A DNA stretch of 64,000 bases from assembly GCA_004431415.1 (NCBI GenBank), contig QPMI01000102.1, positions 156,644 to 220,643 of the forward strand, in the 5' to 3' direction. The DNA is from Cyanophora paradoxa CCMP329 (Eukaryota > Plantae > Glaucophyta). The number at the start of each line of letters is the position of its first letter. The stretch's first letter is position 1. The notes below the pieces were generated by a model, which saw only the letters and a program-made list of their open reading frames with translations, had not been told where the DNA came from and did not search any database. Of this stretch, positions 10,922 through 24,368 are shown in pieces. The position numbers and the translations under genes were made by a program.

Positions 10922-13900
10922 TAGGCAACGAAATGTCCTTCCTCTAACTAACGGCCACCTTTTTCATCTAGATCTAATTCACCTCGGACTCTGGATCTAG
11001 TGATCAGAAGGGGCGCCCGCGAGGATGCACGCGACTTTAGAAGGAGAAGGACATAGCAACAGTTGCTTCTAACGAACCGATTTAAGTGCGTCCCTCTTAA
11101 TGTAATGTCCTTCCTTATATCTTGTCTAGCAATCAAAATCGAATTCGAAGGGGCGCACGCGAGGATGCGGCGGAGGCGGTCGGCGAGCTCGCGGTCCTCG
11201 GGGCGCAGCAGGCTCCCACGCGCCTCGATCTCCCCCGCCGGCGCCGACGAGAGCGGCGCCAGCACCACCCTGCCGCCCCGCGCCGTCGGGTCAGATTGGT
11301 TTGATGTCGGGTGGTTCGAGAGCGATTAGAACTCTTCACCGGCGGAGGAGGGGCTGGAGGGGCGCCGGGGCGAGCCCGGCGGAGCGGTCGAGGAGGTCGA
11401 GGCCCAGCGCGTCCGCCGCCCGCACCACCTCCTGCGCGCGAGGCGGGGAGGGCGCGTCAGAAACTGGAAGAGGGCCTTGAATGTGCGGGGAGGCGGGTCG
11501 GAATCTATGGCCGCATTCAAGGCGGCCCTCTGTGGAAGCCTAGAAGAGGGCCGTGGGGCGGGTCGCGAAGGGGGGTCTACGTCTAGATCCGAGACGGGGG
11601 CGGAGCCGGCGGCCGGGCGGGGCGTCCAGGTGAATGCAGGGCGCTATATTTAGATTGAAGGGAGGGGAGGGGGCGGCGGGGCGGACGCGGGCGAGCTTGG
11701 CGCGGAGGTCGGCGGCCCCGGGGCTGAACACGTACTCCACCATCGAGTCCACGATCTGCGGGGCGGGAGGGCGCGGGGGCGGGGCGTTAGAGAAGTAGTA
11801 GAAGCTTAAGTATTAGGCAGGCCTCTGCGGGGAGGCGGCGGGGGCGGGGCAGGGGACTTATTGTTAGGGCGGGGGATAGGCCTAAATAGAGTAACGGCTC
11901 CTTAAGAACGGCCGGTTCGAGGGAGAGGAGGGGGCGGGGGGACCGGCGCACGTCGTCGGCGCCCGGGTTGGCGTAGGTCTGCGAGGCCTGCACCACCAGG
12001 TTCTCCAGCCGGTTCCACCTGCCGAGGCGAGGCGAGGCCGGGCACCGCCCGTCAGCAATCGCTCGGTGGGGGCCCTCGGCCTATCCCGGGCCCGGGGCCG
12101 CAGCCTAAGCGTCTAGCAAGACCCCTTGCGACCCTTCTCTGATGACGAAGGGAAAGGAAGGAGCGGGGCGAGGGGGGGGGAAGAGAGGGACGGGGGGTAC
12201 CGGAACTGGCCGTCCTTGAAGAGGAGCTCCTCGAGGTAGCGCCGCAGCTCCGGCGCCGGGTCCGTCAGCAGCCGCCGCGCCATGTACGGGTACGCCTTCC
12301 CGATCACCTGTGGGGGGGAAGGAGTTGGAGGGGGGGGGGGATAGTGGGGGTACAGCCGCTGAGAGCGGGGGCCCACGGCCTCTCTAACCGGCCGGCGCTA
12401 GCAGCTAGGACGGACGGGAGGAGGCGGCGGGATGGAGTTGGAAGTAGGGGGGGAAGAAGTGGGGGAGGGGTACCTTGAAGTCGGAGTCGGTGAACATGGC
12501 GAGGCCCTCGAGGACCGTGAGGGACCGCAGGATCAGCGCGTAGTAGGGGGGTACCTGCTCGACAGGGTCGGAGGGGGGTACGGCATACTTTTTGTTTGGG
12601 GGGGGGGGTCGCACGGAGAAGGGGTACTGGTAGAGGACGCCCCCGAGCCCGTCGACGATCGTCTTGAAGTTGAGCTTGCTCACGTTCGTCTGCGGGGGTA
12701 CGCGGATCGTCAGGGGATGCGTTCCCCTCCAGGAATCCTGTACCCCGGCTCGCCTGGAGTACGTCGTCGAAGAAGGCCTCAAGGGCGGGTACGATGGGGG
12801 AGGTGTCTATGTCCCGGGGGAGGAAGTCCAGGTCGTCTGTGGGGGGGTACGGCGATCAGGTTCGGGGAGGGGTCTACGGGGGCTTCGGGAGGGGGTACGG
12901 CCGCACAGTAGTCGTTCGCCATCCCGACGAAGTCGCGGTTGACTGTGGCGAAAGAAGAGGGGGGGCCCGGTGAGGGGGGTACGAGAGTGAAAGGGGGGTA
13001 CGAACCGAGGTGGACGACGTGGCCCATGAGGGCGTACCGCGCGCTCACGGGCGCCTCCGCCATCATACCCTTCGCGAGGCGGGGAGAAGGGTCAGCCGAA
13101 CGCGGACGGACCCGTTGAATGAAAGAGGGGTACGCGCGCACAAAGTCGAGGAAGGCCAGAGTGTTGTCCTGCGAGGGGGCCGGCCGGCGCGTGAGCACAC
13201 GAACAACTAGAAGAGAGAAGGTGCTGGGCGGGGCGAGGAGGAGCTAGAGGCCGTTCGGCGCGTGGAGAGGAAGATAGGCGAGGGGGCAGGCGGGGGTCGG
13301 GGGGCGGGGCGGGGGCGGACGGGGGTGGCGAGGAGATTGCCGGGGTGGGGGTCGGCGTGGAAGAAGCCCGCCTCGAAGAGCTGCCGCAGCGTGCACTCGA
13401 TCCCGATCTGGCCCCGCCCGGCGTCAGGCCGATGGCTCTTTCTGGGGAAGAGAAGGCGGGGCGGGGCGGGGGGGGGCGGGGCGGGGCGGAGCGGGGTAAG
13501 TCAATCTCTATCCTAAACAAGGCGCTAGACCCCGGTCATCTAATCCCGTCCTGGACGAAGCCGGGCGGGGCGGGGCGGGGCGGGGCGGGGCGGGCGTGGA
13601 CGGGGCGCAGTTCTTATCCTGTCCTTCTTATCCCGTTGACGTTTTCGGGCGGGGCGGGCGGGGCGGGGCGGGGCGGGGCGGACGTTGACGAAGTGGATGG
13701 GGTCCTGCCCGGCGGCGCGGATCGCCTCCTGGTTCGACAGCTTCACCCCCTGCGCGCGCGCGAGCGCGGCTCAGACGAGCCGCCGAGAGGCGACCGTCTC
13801 TACGGATCCAGACTAGAGCGGGATCTCGCAGGGCGGCCCGCCGAGGCTCGGCCGGGCGTTCCTACGCTAGAGGTCTAGAGGGCTGCGGGGAAGGGGGAGG

Positions 13901-16214
13901 ACCTCGATCCACTCCATGGTGAGCACGCGCGTCGTCGTCGCCTCCCAGTAGATCTGGCGGGGGGGCGTAAGGCGCGAACAGTAAGCGAGGGAACGAGCGA
14001 GCGAGCGAGCGAGCGAGGGGGATACGCAGGGATCTCCAGGCCTGGTTCTAGTTCCGCTAGCGCTAGCCCCAAGGGCAGAGTGGGGGCGGAGCGGGGGCGG
14101 AGCGGGGAACGGGGTACACGCACTTTGGGGACCTTGACGCCGGGGAGGGAGCCGTAGAGCCGCTCGAAGCGCTCCGCGTTGCGGCCCTCCTGCCCGGGGG
14201 TCAGGTGGAGGGGAAGCAATGGAGCAGGGGCCGGGGAAGGGGCGCGAAGGGGAACGAAGGGGGGGGGGGGGGGGGGGGAGGGGTTAGTTTAGTCGAGCTC
14301 GAAGCTCAATTGGGGAGGAGGGCGGGGAGCCGCAGGCTCCAGGTGAGGGAATCGCAGGCTTGGTCATAGGCTGGAGGGTCGGGAAGGGGGGGTACAGGCG
14401 GGGTCGGGCGGGCCTGGCGGTAGTCGAGCTCGCCGAAGATGCGGCGCGCGAACTCGTCGACGACGGCCGTCAGGTCCGTGCTGATGAAGTCCACCGCGTT
14501 CTGAGAGGGGGGGGTGAGGCGGGGTGAGGAGGGGGGTAGGGGGGTGGGCGGAGGGCCAAGGGAGGGGCGGGGCGGGGCGCTAGGGCTAGGGTTTTGAAGC
14601 CCCGGCTGGGGGGCCAAGGGCCGGGCGGGGCGGGGCGGGGGCGGGGCGGGACGGGGCGGGCGCCCCGTTGTCTAACTGTTCCTGGTGTTGATCATTATAT
14701 ACTTCTAAGGGCCCGCTTAGCTCCGCTCAGGTCATTCTAAGCTCAATCTAAGCTCAATCTAAGCTAAATCTAAGCTAAAATCTGAAGGCCCCGACTAGAG
14801 GGCCAAGCAGCACCTGGGCGAAGGCGGCGAGGCGGCGGGCGATGTAGAGATCCAGCACGATCCCGTCGTACAGCCCCGGCCGCTGCACCTGCGAGAAGGT
14901 TGGGGGGGGGGGGGGGGGGGGGTTGTACGGGCTTAAAGGTAAAAGGGGAGGGAGGGGAGGGGAGGGGAGGGGGGGGGAGGGGGTACGAGCCTTGACGGCG
15001 ACCTCCTCGCCCGTCCGGAGGCGGCCCCGGTACACCTTTTTTTGAGTGAGAAGGGGGTACTGGAATTTGTTTGGGGGTGGGGAGGGGGGGGTACCTGGCC
15101 GAGGGAGGCGGCGGCGACGGGGGAGGGGGACAGATATTCGAAGAGCTCCGAGATGCGCTTGCCCTGCGGGCGGCGCGCGTGTTCGAATCCGGAAGGAAGG
15201 AAACTTCCTATCTGAGTGGGAGGGGGGTACAGCGCACGGTCTGCTCCTCGATGAGGGCGTACGCCTCCTTGTCGGGGAACGGCGGCAGCTGGTCCTGCAT
15301 CTGCGTGCGCGGGTTCGAATCCGGGCGGAACCGCTTTTGAGGGGGGTACGTGGCCACCTCGGACAGCTCCACGAGGTAGGGCTGGGGGAGGAGGTCGGGC
15401 CGCGTGCTGAGGGCCTGCCCGACCTGGAAGCAGGGGTATCCCCGTATCAGATCCGGGTTCGAATCCCGCTGGAAAGGGTTTTTCTTACCTTGACGAAGGC
15501 CGGCCCGCAGCGGGTGAGGATGTCCCGGAGCTCGCGGGCCCGCATGCGCGCGTTCTCCTCGAGCCGCCCCGTCTGCTTGTCCGCCACGACCTGAAAGAAG
15601 TTAAGAAGTTAAGCGCGAAATGCAATCGGGGAAGCGCGCGGGGAAAGAAATCGAAATGCGAATGAAGCGCGCGGGGAAGGACGGACCTTGGCGAGAAACG
15701 CTGTGATTGGCGCGCCGACCTCGGCGATGCGGCGGCCGACAGTGCCGGGGCGGCGGGCGAACTCGCGCGCGACCTCTTCGGCGTCGTAGACGAACAGCGG
15801 CTGCTCCTCGTCCTCCTCCAAATGCGGAGCCACGCGCACGAGCGCCGAGGAGGGCGCGGCCGGCCCGGCGGGCGAGTCGGACGCGCCGGAGGGAGCCGGC
15901 GGCGGAGTCGTCGATGCGGACGGCCTCGGGGGAGCGGAGACGGCGAACGCAGCGCCGGGGCTGGCGGATCCGTGCGCGGTACCGGTGCGCGCGGACGCGG
16001 CCGCCGCAGTCCGCGGGCGGTCGCCGAAGAAGCGGCGGCGGCGCGTCAGAGAGGCCGCAGGAGGCTGTAGAGGACCGCGAGGAAGCCGGGCGCTGACCCT
16101 GGCGGCGCCTGCGAGCGGTGCCGCCGGCGGCACGCGCGCCGACACGCTCGGCGCCGGAACGCACGCCGCGAACGCGTGCCCGGGCTCTGTGCGCGCCGCT
16201 CTGGCGCTGTGCAT
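10451..16214 (-). CDS. Plastid ABC1/UbiB-family atypical protein kinase (ABC1K3-like), multi-exon
   Basis: Spliced motifs: GPAFVK-VGQALSTRPDLLP, QDQLPPF, VYRGRLRTGEEVAVK-VQRPG, ELDYRQ-EGRNAERF, VLTMEWIE, GFFHADPHPGNLL, AFLDF-GMM, YPFS-VPPYYALILRSLTVLEG, KAYPYMARRLLTDPAPELR. The N-terminus is Ala/Ser/Arg-rich with AF and FFG motifs (transit peptide). The last exon reads IASGFAQRVAARTLRRLLEPLVGAPEARA*. Confidence 0.93.
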
Positions 16215-17089
16215 GGCTGGAGCTTCGAACGCTGGGCCGCCTAGGCGCTGGCTGTCCAAGCCTACTCTGCACGCGAACCTGCCGCGAAGGCACGTGCTGC
16301 CCTGCTGGGTTGCGGGGCGCAACGAGGTCGCTGTAAGAGAGCGCCGGATGAACGCTAGGAGCGCCGGGAGTCTGTGCTGCGGCCTCTGGACCTCGGCGCG
16401 AATTTGCTCCTGTACCCGTCGCGGCTGGATCAATTCTCGAACTCAACGCACGCGCGCTTTTTGCTCGCCGGCGCACGCCGGTACCCGGATCGATCGCGAA
16501 TCGTGCATGCTGACCGAGCTCCGGTCCAATCCATGCCAACCGGTACCATGGCCAGCGGCAATCTGCAGCTGCAGTGCCACGCGGCCGTACGCGTGCGCGC
16601 GGCCGCGCCGTGGCGCGCGGCCGGCCTATAGCTAGGCTTGCATGGCGGCGCAGAGGCTTCGCTTAGCTGCGCATGCGTATATGCTGCGCGTGCCGGTCAT
16701 CGGATTCGGATCGCGAGGCTGAATTCCTTGAGCTCTAGATCTAGATCGATATCTTGCAATCATTGCCAGACTCTCGCTTTGCATGGCATTGCCAGACTCT
16801 CGCGATCGCTCAGCTTCCTCTTGCCAAGCTCTCGCTCTCGTATCGCGATCGGGGGCATCGGGCTTCCAGCTAGCGCTGAGCTTTGCCGCCTCGGTTGAAA
16901 GGCTAGCGCTCAATTTCCTCCGGGATCCGCTACGAGTCTGGACTCGCGGGATCGATAGAATAATTGAGATCGGATGTAGGTCAAACCCTGAGCCTCCCCG
17001 CCTCCTCTTTCTCGGCAGCGGCCCGGCGGGGCGCAGGTGTGGAAGATGTGAGGATCGGAGCGAGATGATGGCATGGGCGGCGGCGGGAT

Positions 17090-17530
17090 GAAACGCCCCC
17101 CGGAGTCTACGAGTCCAGGGCCGGGCCGGGGGCAGTCCAGGGCCAGGCCTAGGCCCTGTCGAATGCCAGGCCGGGGGCAGGCCTAGGGCAGGCCAAGGCC
17201 TGGTCGGGGGCAGGGCATGCGCAGGCCAAGGGCAGGCCGCGGGCTTCCGCGACGGGCTTCCTGACTGATAGAAATTGAACACACAGGTAGTCCGTAGCGC
17301 GAAACGCCCCCCGGAGCCTCGGAGTCTACGAGTCCAGGGCCAGACCGGAAACAGCTACATGTACAGTTCATGATCAGGGCCAGGCCGGGGGCAGGCCTGG
17401 GGGAGGCCAAGGCCTGGCCGGGGGCCGGGCCGGGCAGGCCAAGCTTAAGGGCTGGCCGCGGCCGCGGGTTTCCGGGACGAAAATGTGGACGTGACTAATA
17501 GAAATTAAGCACACAGGTACTACGTAGCGC
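17090..17530. repeat. Tandem duplication of a ~210-230-bp GC-rich unit
   Basis: GAAACGCCCCCGGAG..TCTACGAGTCCAGGGCC at 17090 and 17301; TGACT.ATAGAAATT.A.CACACAGGTA.T.CGTAGCGC at ~17262 and ~17492. Confidence 0.85.
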
Positions 17531-17905
17531 ACATGACTCGATGATGAAAGCGACAAAAGCTTGTCGACGTTGCACTGCAAAGCCAGCCGCACAGCTACGT
17601 ATACGGATCCCCGGAGCTCGAGAATAGAACCAAATAAAACACGTCGAATAATAATTCAGATGACGGCAAAGAGACCGCACCAGCCCATGAATCGGGCCTT
17701 TTCTGGCCCTGCTTACAATTCTAGATCTGCTCTCCATATAGCTACAGCCTGCCGGCTGCAGGTTGAAATCGCGGGTCAAATGAGCCGGCGTCTGCGAAGA
17801 TTCGAGCCAAGATTCGAAGATTCGAAGGTGAGCGCGCGAAATGAGAGCGAAGTTGCGTGGTTTCCTACCAGTCTCCCTCGCCACGCGATCGTCGCGCGCT
17901 CATGA

Positions 17906-20900
17906 TCAGTGGTCATTGCCATGGGAGGGCGTGCAGCCCGAGCAGAATGGCTTGGGGCGGGCGATGGCCGGGCTGCAGAAGGCGCTCAGCGGGTCCTCCT
18001 TGTAGTTCGCCGCGGCCGGGCAGTCCTTGTTCGGCAGGATGTCGAGCGGGCTGCGCGCGCGTTCGATGTCAGCAGAAGGAGCTCGCCAATAACATTAACA
18101 AGCTTAACATTAGCAATCAAGCGCACCGCATCATCTCGTTGTCCTCGTGCGAAAGGATGTGGCTGAAAGGCGCGTCACTCAGTCAGACTCCGGGATCCAC
18201 CGCTCATTTCAAATTCAGGCCGTGGGCAAATGAAATGAACTATATATGTATATATATTTTCTTTTATTTAGACGTTAAAGCGAAAGACGTTAGCTATAGT
18301 TGATCTTGAATTTTGAATGCGCACCAGTGCCAGACGTACTGGGCCGGGTGGTCGGGCAGCGAGAGGAAGCTTTCCTGTAGCAACGGCATAGATCAGTTCA
18401 GTCCGTTTGTCGCAAATGTCTTTAGAAAAACATTGCAAGACTAGTTCGAGCTCCACGGGCCTGGTTGAGCCGGGACGGGAGCGAGAAGCGGGCGAGGACG
18501 CGCGTGATCGATCCCGGGGGCACGATGATCGTGTCCTACGTATACGGGCGCGAAAGGTTAGCTTCTATGTTGCGTACTTCAAGTGAGCGCGAGCTCGAGC
18601 GGCTCCGCACCATCGGGCCGCGCTCGTTCGGGTCGGGGCCGACAATGCTCGCACCCTGAATCGAAAATTCAATTTCTTGCGAGGCGGCTCCGATCCAGGG
18701 GCAGGACTCGCGATCGCATTTAATTTCGCGGAGGCACCGACCATGTGCGGATTTCGCGGCGGGCTATTTACGCACCGAGAGATCGAATTGCGCGTCAGCA
18801 ACAATCGGCCTGATGGGGTCGTTGGGGAAATCGGCCGGCGCGGTGACGTTCAGTTTCCTGAGAATTTCCGTTTTTCAGCATCAGCAGCCGGAAGCGACTC
18901 AATCTCAAATCAAAGAAAAGCCAAATTGCACCCAGCCTCACCTCTCAATAGCCTGCAGAGAGGCGAGGTGGAAGTGGATCGGGTGCGAGTCCGCTGCGCA
19001 TGCATATGCCCCCGATCAATATGCTAACATTTCCAGGCGCAAGGACAGGCGGGGGTGGCCATGACTTAAGTTCCTCATAACCACTGATCATGAGCTTTAT
19101 GCTTTAAGAGAGAGCCCTCGAGCAGGACGGGGCGGGGCGAAGGGAGCGAGGGCGCACGCGTCAGGTTCCAGATGTCGTACAGGACGGCCGTGTTGTCGTT
19201 CGCCACCTCCGTCACCGGGTCCTGCGCTCGCGGTCGCAATGAGACTCTAGATCTGACCGCTCGCAAAGCTTCAGCTAGCTTAAGATACGTAGATTAGATA
19301 AAGCCCGCTCAGAAACATCTCAAGGTTAAACACTCCAGATCCGAGGCGCACCTCGTAGTGGAAGAGCTGGGCCTGGTATCTGGTGGGGATCTCCTCGCGA
19401 TCGCGATCGCGATTGGCCGTGTGCAGGAGCGCGCGCATCCGCATCCCCCCGTGCCTGCTCGCAGCATGTCATATGATCGAGTGCGGGCGAGCCGCGGCCG
19501 ATCATTCTCCGTCCCTTTGAAAATGTGATTTAATTTAGCCGTCGCGATCGCACCCTCCGGATCCGTCGCCGCCGACGGGCGTCGACTCCGTCGAGTTGGC
19601 GGGGCACGTGAGCGGCCTGACGATCCCGAGGAGCGGCTGGATGCGGTTGAGCTCGTCCATGTGCTGTAACGTGAGATTGATCGGTTTGCGAAAGACGAAA
19701 AAAAACATTTAAGTAATTAACAGGACCGACCTCGCCGAGCGCGAGGTCCTCCGGGGCGCCGATCTGCAGCGTGTGCTCCTCGGACTGCGAGCGTTGTCGT
19801 GAATACTAATGAAAGCTTAAGCTCAAGACTCGCGGGACCTTGATGGCTTCTGCGAGGCCGTCCTCGGGGCTGGCGAAGGTCGAGTCGGAGCGGAGGGGCC
19901 TGCAGCCCTTCAGGAGCGCGTCCAGCTGCGGCACGCGCGGCGGACCGGATCCGGATCAGATCGATCACGATCGTGGCTTTTCTTTAATTTGTGCAGTAAT
20001 ATTGATATTGATTTCAATGCACCCGCTGGTCGCGGCGGTCGAGGGTGCGGTCGGCCTTCTTCGGGAGGGAGACGTCGAACTTGACGATGGAAGTCATGCG
20101 GATCCCGCCCAGCGTCACGTCGTCGCCGCTGCGTCCGAGTTCGAATTCGAATTCGGCATCGAGTGGGCGGGCGCGCGGACTTGGGGAACGGGGTCGGCGC
20201 GTCGTTGCGGAGCACGATGGACTGGCCGGCTGCGAATTCGAAGCTGGCTCAAAGTGGCCTCGAATTCGAAATTCAGAGATCAGAGAAGCGGCCTCGCGGC
20301 GCGCACCGAGCTTCGAGAAATCGATGATGACGTCCGCGCGCTTGCCTGGACCTTCGCGCGTGTGTGCACACGTGGGACGAGGTCAGTCTCTCGCGACCGC
20401 TTTTCGGACCGCGCGGGGCTTCGAATCCGGACCGAGGAGGAGGCGGCTGTCCCAGGTGGTCTCGTTGCTGTCCATAATTCGCACGGGGGCGTGAAGCAGA
20501 CCTGCGCCCGCAAGCTTAAGCGCGCTTGACCATTCAAGCTTAACGGACTTATAATTAATTAGAGGCTCAGCTGCAGAAGTAATATTCATAGGGGAACAAG
20601 TCATATCATATGCATGGCGCAGGCCAGCGGAATTTCGAGCGCTAGAGCCGCAACGCTAGCTCCAATTGCAAGCGTGCTTGAACATTGAAGCTTAACGGAC
20701 TTGGAAGCTCAGAGCTAATTATAGCATTCATAGGGGAACATCTCATGGCGCCGGCCAGGGGAATTTCGAATTCGAACGGTCGAGCCGCGGAGCCGGCGCA
20801 TGCATATGCGCACCGTCGTCGGTGCCGATCTGGAAGACAGGGACGACGTCCGGGCCGAGGCCGTCGAGGGCGAAACTGACGCGGCCGAGCGGGTCCGGGG

Positions 20901-23232
20901 TCCCGGTGGCGTAGCTGCGTGAATACGTATATACTCGAACGGTCATTGATCAACGAGCAAAATTAAGGCACATAGGAAAGGCCGGGTTCACATTTTATAA
21001 ATATGCGCTTATTATTAATGAAGCTTATATTAGTATACGTAAACGCACCTGAGCCACATGCGGAGGAAGCGCGAGTCGGCGCCGTTGAGGAGACTTCGCG
21101 CCCAAGAACACGCAACGATCAGATTGAAGATAATAATGAAACCGAACAGTCAGAACACGGAATTCGAATTATAATTATGGAATTAATATTGGAGCTTCAA
21201 GCGAGAAAGAGCCGGACCGCAGGCGGTACTTGCGCGGCTCGACCTTAAGCACGGGCCACGCCTGCGTTGATTATCAAATCAGGTATTTATTCGCTCTTTA
21301 CCTCATCGCATTAATTTATGATCTTTCGCTCGCCTTGCCGTTGGCGAGGAAAACGCTGCCAAAGAACTCGGGGCTGATGCTCGGCTCGCGGCGGAGGCGG
21401 CCGTCCTCGTAGAAGTCTGAGAAGGGCAGGGCGCGAGCGCTCGCGGCCTCAGATCGATGCGAAACTATTTCATTCGAAGCAAATTGAAGCCCTCGTGTAC
21501 GTACCCTTGTCCTGGATGGCGATGGGGACCTCGTAGGGGTGCACCGGGAGGGGAAGGAAGCCATCGGTCCTGCCCGTGTCGCGGAAGTCGCTGATCATGG
21601 ATATATATATGAGTACTCACGAATCAAGATACGCATACAGTGAGCGCGCGCTCGCGCGATCGCGAATCGAACCGGATGAGGTAGAAGCCCGCAAGGCCGG
21701 TGTACGGGCCGAGACGGGTGATCCCGAGCGTGTGGTCTGAAAAGAATAAATTACAGGCATGTACTCGTGCACATGGTAAAATTAAATGCATTCGCTTTTA
21801 AAATTGATTATATAAAGGAGGCACCGTGGTACCAGAGGTTGCCGGCCTCCTGCTCGTTCGAGTAGACGAAGTCGCGCTTGCGATAAGCGGGCCCTGAGCA
21901 TTGTAATTCATAATACTTAGAAACATGGCGTTCCGAACGATATCGATGCGTTTATCATATAAAATGCCGAATCAAACACGATCGCGCACCTTGGCGAGGA
22001 ATGCCTTCGCCGTAGGCATTAAGGGTCTCGAGGGCGGCCCGGCACTTGTCGTTAGAGTTCAAATAAGCTTCGTCGGCAAGGAACCACGTCTGATATCATT
22101 CGTGCATGGAGGTTGCTTCAAGATTGGCAATACATCAATACTGAATAAATAAATCAGAGCGGCTCTCACCTCGGGATGCCCGTCGGATGCAGGCTCAGTC
22201 CGGCCGCCGTGGAGGTGGGTCACTGCGAATCCACACAACACTCAGATGAACCGTTGAAGTGCAATCGAAAAAGAATTATATATGTTAAACGCTGCGGCCA
22301 TCGGATCCGATTGCAATTGCAAGCACCCATGGGCATGGGGCCGTAGTAGAACTGGTCAGGGAAGGTGCCGGGCGGGCTCGCGGCCCCGAGCGCCCAGTGG
22401 ATAGTGGTGTCGACGGGGACGGTGTCCAGGGGCCCGCACTGTGCACCGCGTTTAACATAATTCGACTAAAGCAAAGTCGAAGCTTAAGTGAGCGGCTAAC
22501 CAGCTCGTTGATCCATTCGACGCGCGTCCGGAGACCCTTCCGCACCTCAAACGTGCGCCCTTTGGGGAGCGCGGTCAAGTTCGGGACACGAGTATTGATT
22601 TGACGTCTAATTATTATTTTAGGCCTCGTACCGGGATAGGTGGGCTCCTGCTGCCCTTCGCTGGAGCACGACGCGTGCCCTGCGTAGCCGAAGAGCGGGG
22701 TCGGGCCGGTGCCGAGGCCCAGGTCCTGGGCGAACTGCGCCCGCGCTTGCATCAGCGGTGCCGGGCTTAAGCTTAATCATGAGAGTGGAAGCCAAAAGAC
22801 CTCCCGGGCGGCGATCTTGAACTTGCCGCCGCAGTTGCCGGACTTCCACACGAAATCCGGATCGAGCGCGTTCTTGAGCTGCGCGCGCGTGTCCAGACCG
22901 GCAGTGTGGTCATGATCATGACCGGTACCGCTGCTCGAGTCGCGCATGCATGCGCAGGCCGCGGGCGACGTCGAGAACGTTACTCACCTCATTCACAAAG
23001 AATGGTACGGTCTCCGGGACCAGCGGTTCCAGCGGCGGCGGCGACGCTGCGCCGACGCGCGCGCGCGGCGCTACATGAGAATTTCTGCGGGGCAGGGCGA
23101 AGGGACGGCGCGGGCCGCCGGGCCGGGCCGGGACATCGATGGCGCACGCTGCTCAGGCACGTGCACGGCGGCGGCGAGCGCGAGGCTCAGCAGGCCCAGG
23201 CCCAAAAGGGCGACCAGGGCGGAAGCGCGCAT
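17906..23232 (-). CDS. Secreted multicopper oxidase of the CotA/bilirubin oxidase/LPR1 type, multi-exon
   Basis: Signal peptide MRASALVALLGLGLLSLALA. All four Cu-ligand motifs are present across exons: VTHLHGG (~22210), LWYH-DHTLGITRL (~21830/21730), SHPIHFHL (~18975), YVWH-CHILSHEDNEMM (~18330/18150). Also [26 protein letters not shown] and LNGADSRF. Confidence 0.93.
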
Positions 23233-24368
23233 TCCTGCAGATGCCTCGGAGCGCGCCGCGCACCAGATTCCGAATGCGACGACGACGTCGATTACTGGGC
23301 TTTGCTTTGCTGGGCTACCCGCCAGCTGCAGGCTGCTTTTATATGATTATACCTTCATGATCAAGTTCACTCCGCGTTGTCGAACTTCAATTGTAATTGA
23401 CAATCGCCGCTGAAAGACAGTCTCACCAATCAATTATCCGAATCGGGTCAGAGAAAACCAGTTCGGTCGAATTGTTTCATGTTTCGGAGCATTGCACACG
23501 CATATTCCGCACCAGAAAACTAGTTTATTAAGGAAAAACCCAGAAAACCAGAAAGCAGCATTTTGACGTTTCGCATGTGAACGTTCGCGAGCAGGAAAAC
23601 CCACTTCGCGGCTTTTCGTCCTCTGAGGTTGATTGCGGAACCGAATGGGCGTGCTCGTTGCGTTCCTAAGCTGCACTGCCACTGCGGCACCTGCACGTCA
23701 AGCTAAGTTCAACGGTTCGAACGTCAGGCATAACGTCGACCCGTCATGCCAGAATTGTGGCCTCAGCCTCTCTCACTTCGCATGACTTGACGCGCTTCTT
23801 TACTCGCTCATGAGAGAGAACCAGTTAACGTTTGATTTTCTTTGGAGACGGATAACCAGATATTTAACCGTGACCGGCTACAGTGAAGAACAGATTTAAT
23901 TTCATGTTGATCTAGATCGCTGCCTTCGAATTCGACAGGACTGCAGCTAACTGATTGAGCTGACCTGCAGCTGTTCAACACAAAATATAAAAGACTTTTG
24001 CTTGATATGAACTGCCTTCCAGGGCCTACAAAAACGTATATAAGGGCCTTTCTCCGCCATCGACAGTCGATATCGATGAATGTCTACGTTTTTCGAAGAT
24101 CATCTTGGCCCTTCTAATCTAGATCTGAAATGAATCTAATCCTGACTCGACGAATTCAATCCATAAATGAATTTAATCTCGTGAGTTGGGCGCGAGCTCA
24201 CGCATGCGGAACCTAATGCAACATTAAGGTGGCGAAACACGCGCCAATGAACGATATATAAAAAGTTAACGATACGCATATATAGAATAAACGCTGCGAC
24301 GATACACAAATGCATGTCGAGTCACATGCATGATGCTGCCGCCGCCGCTGCGCGCTGCTGCTGCAACT

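Noticed and set aside
15181-15475. Three GTTCGAATCC (tRNA T-loop/B-box-like) motifs
   Set aside because: They lie in ABC1K introns, have no cloverleaf or A-box, and TTCGAA is very common in this window.
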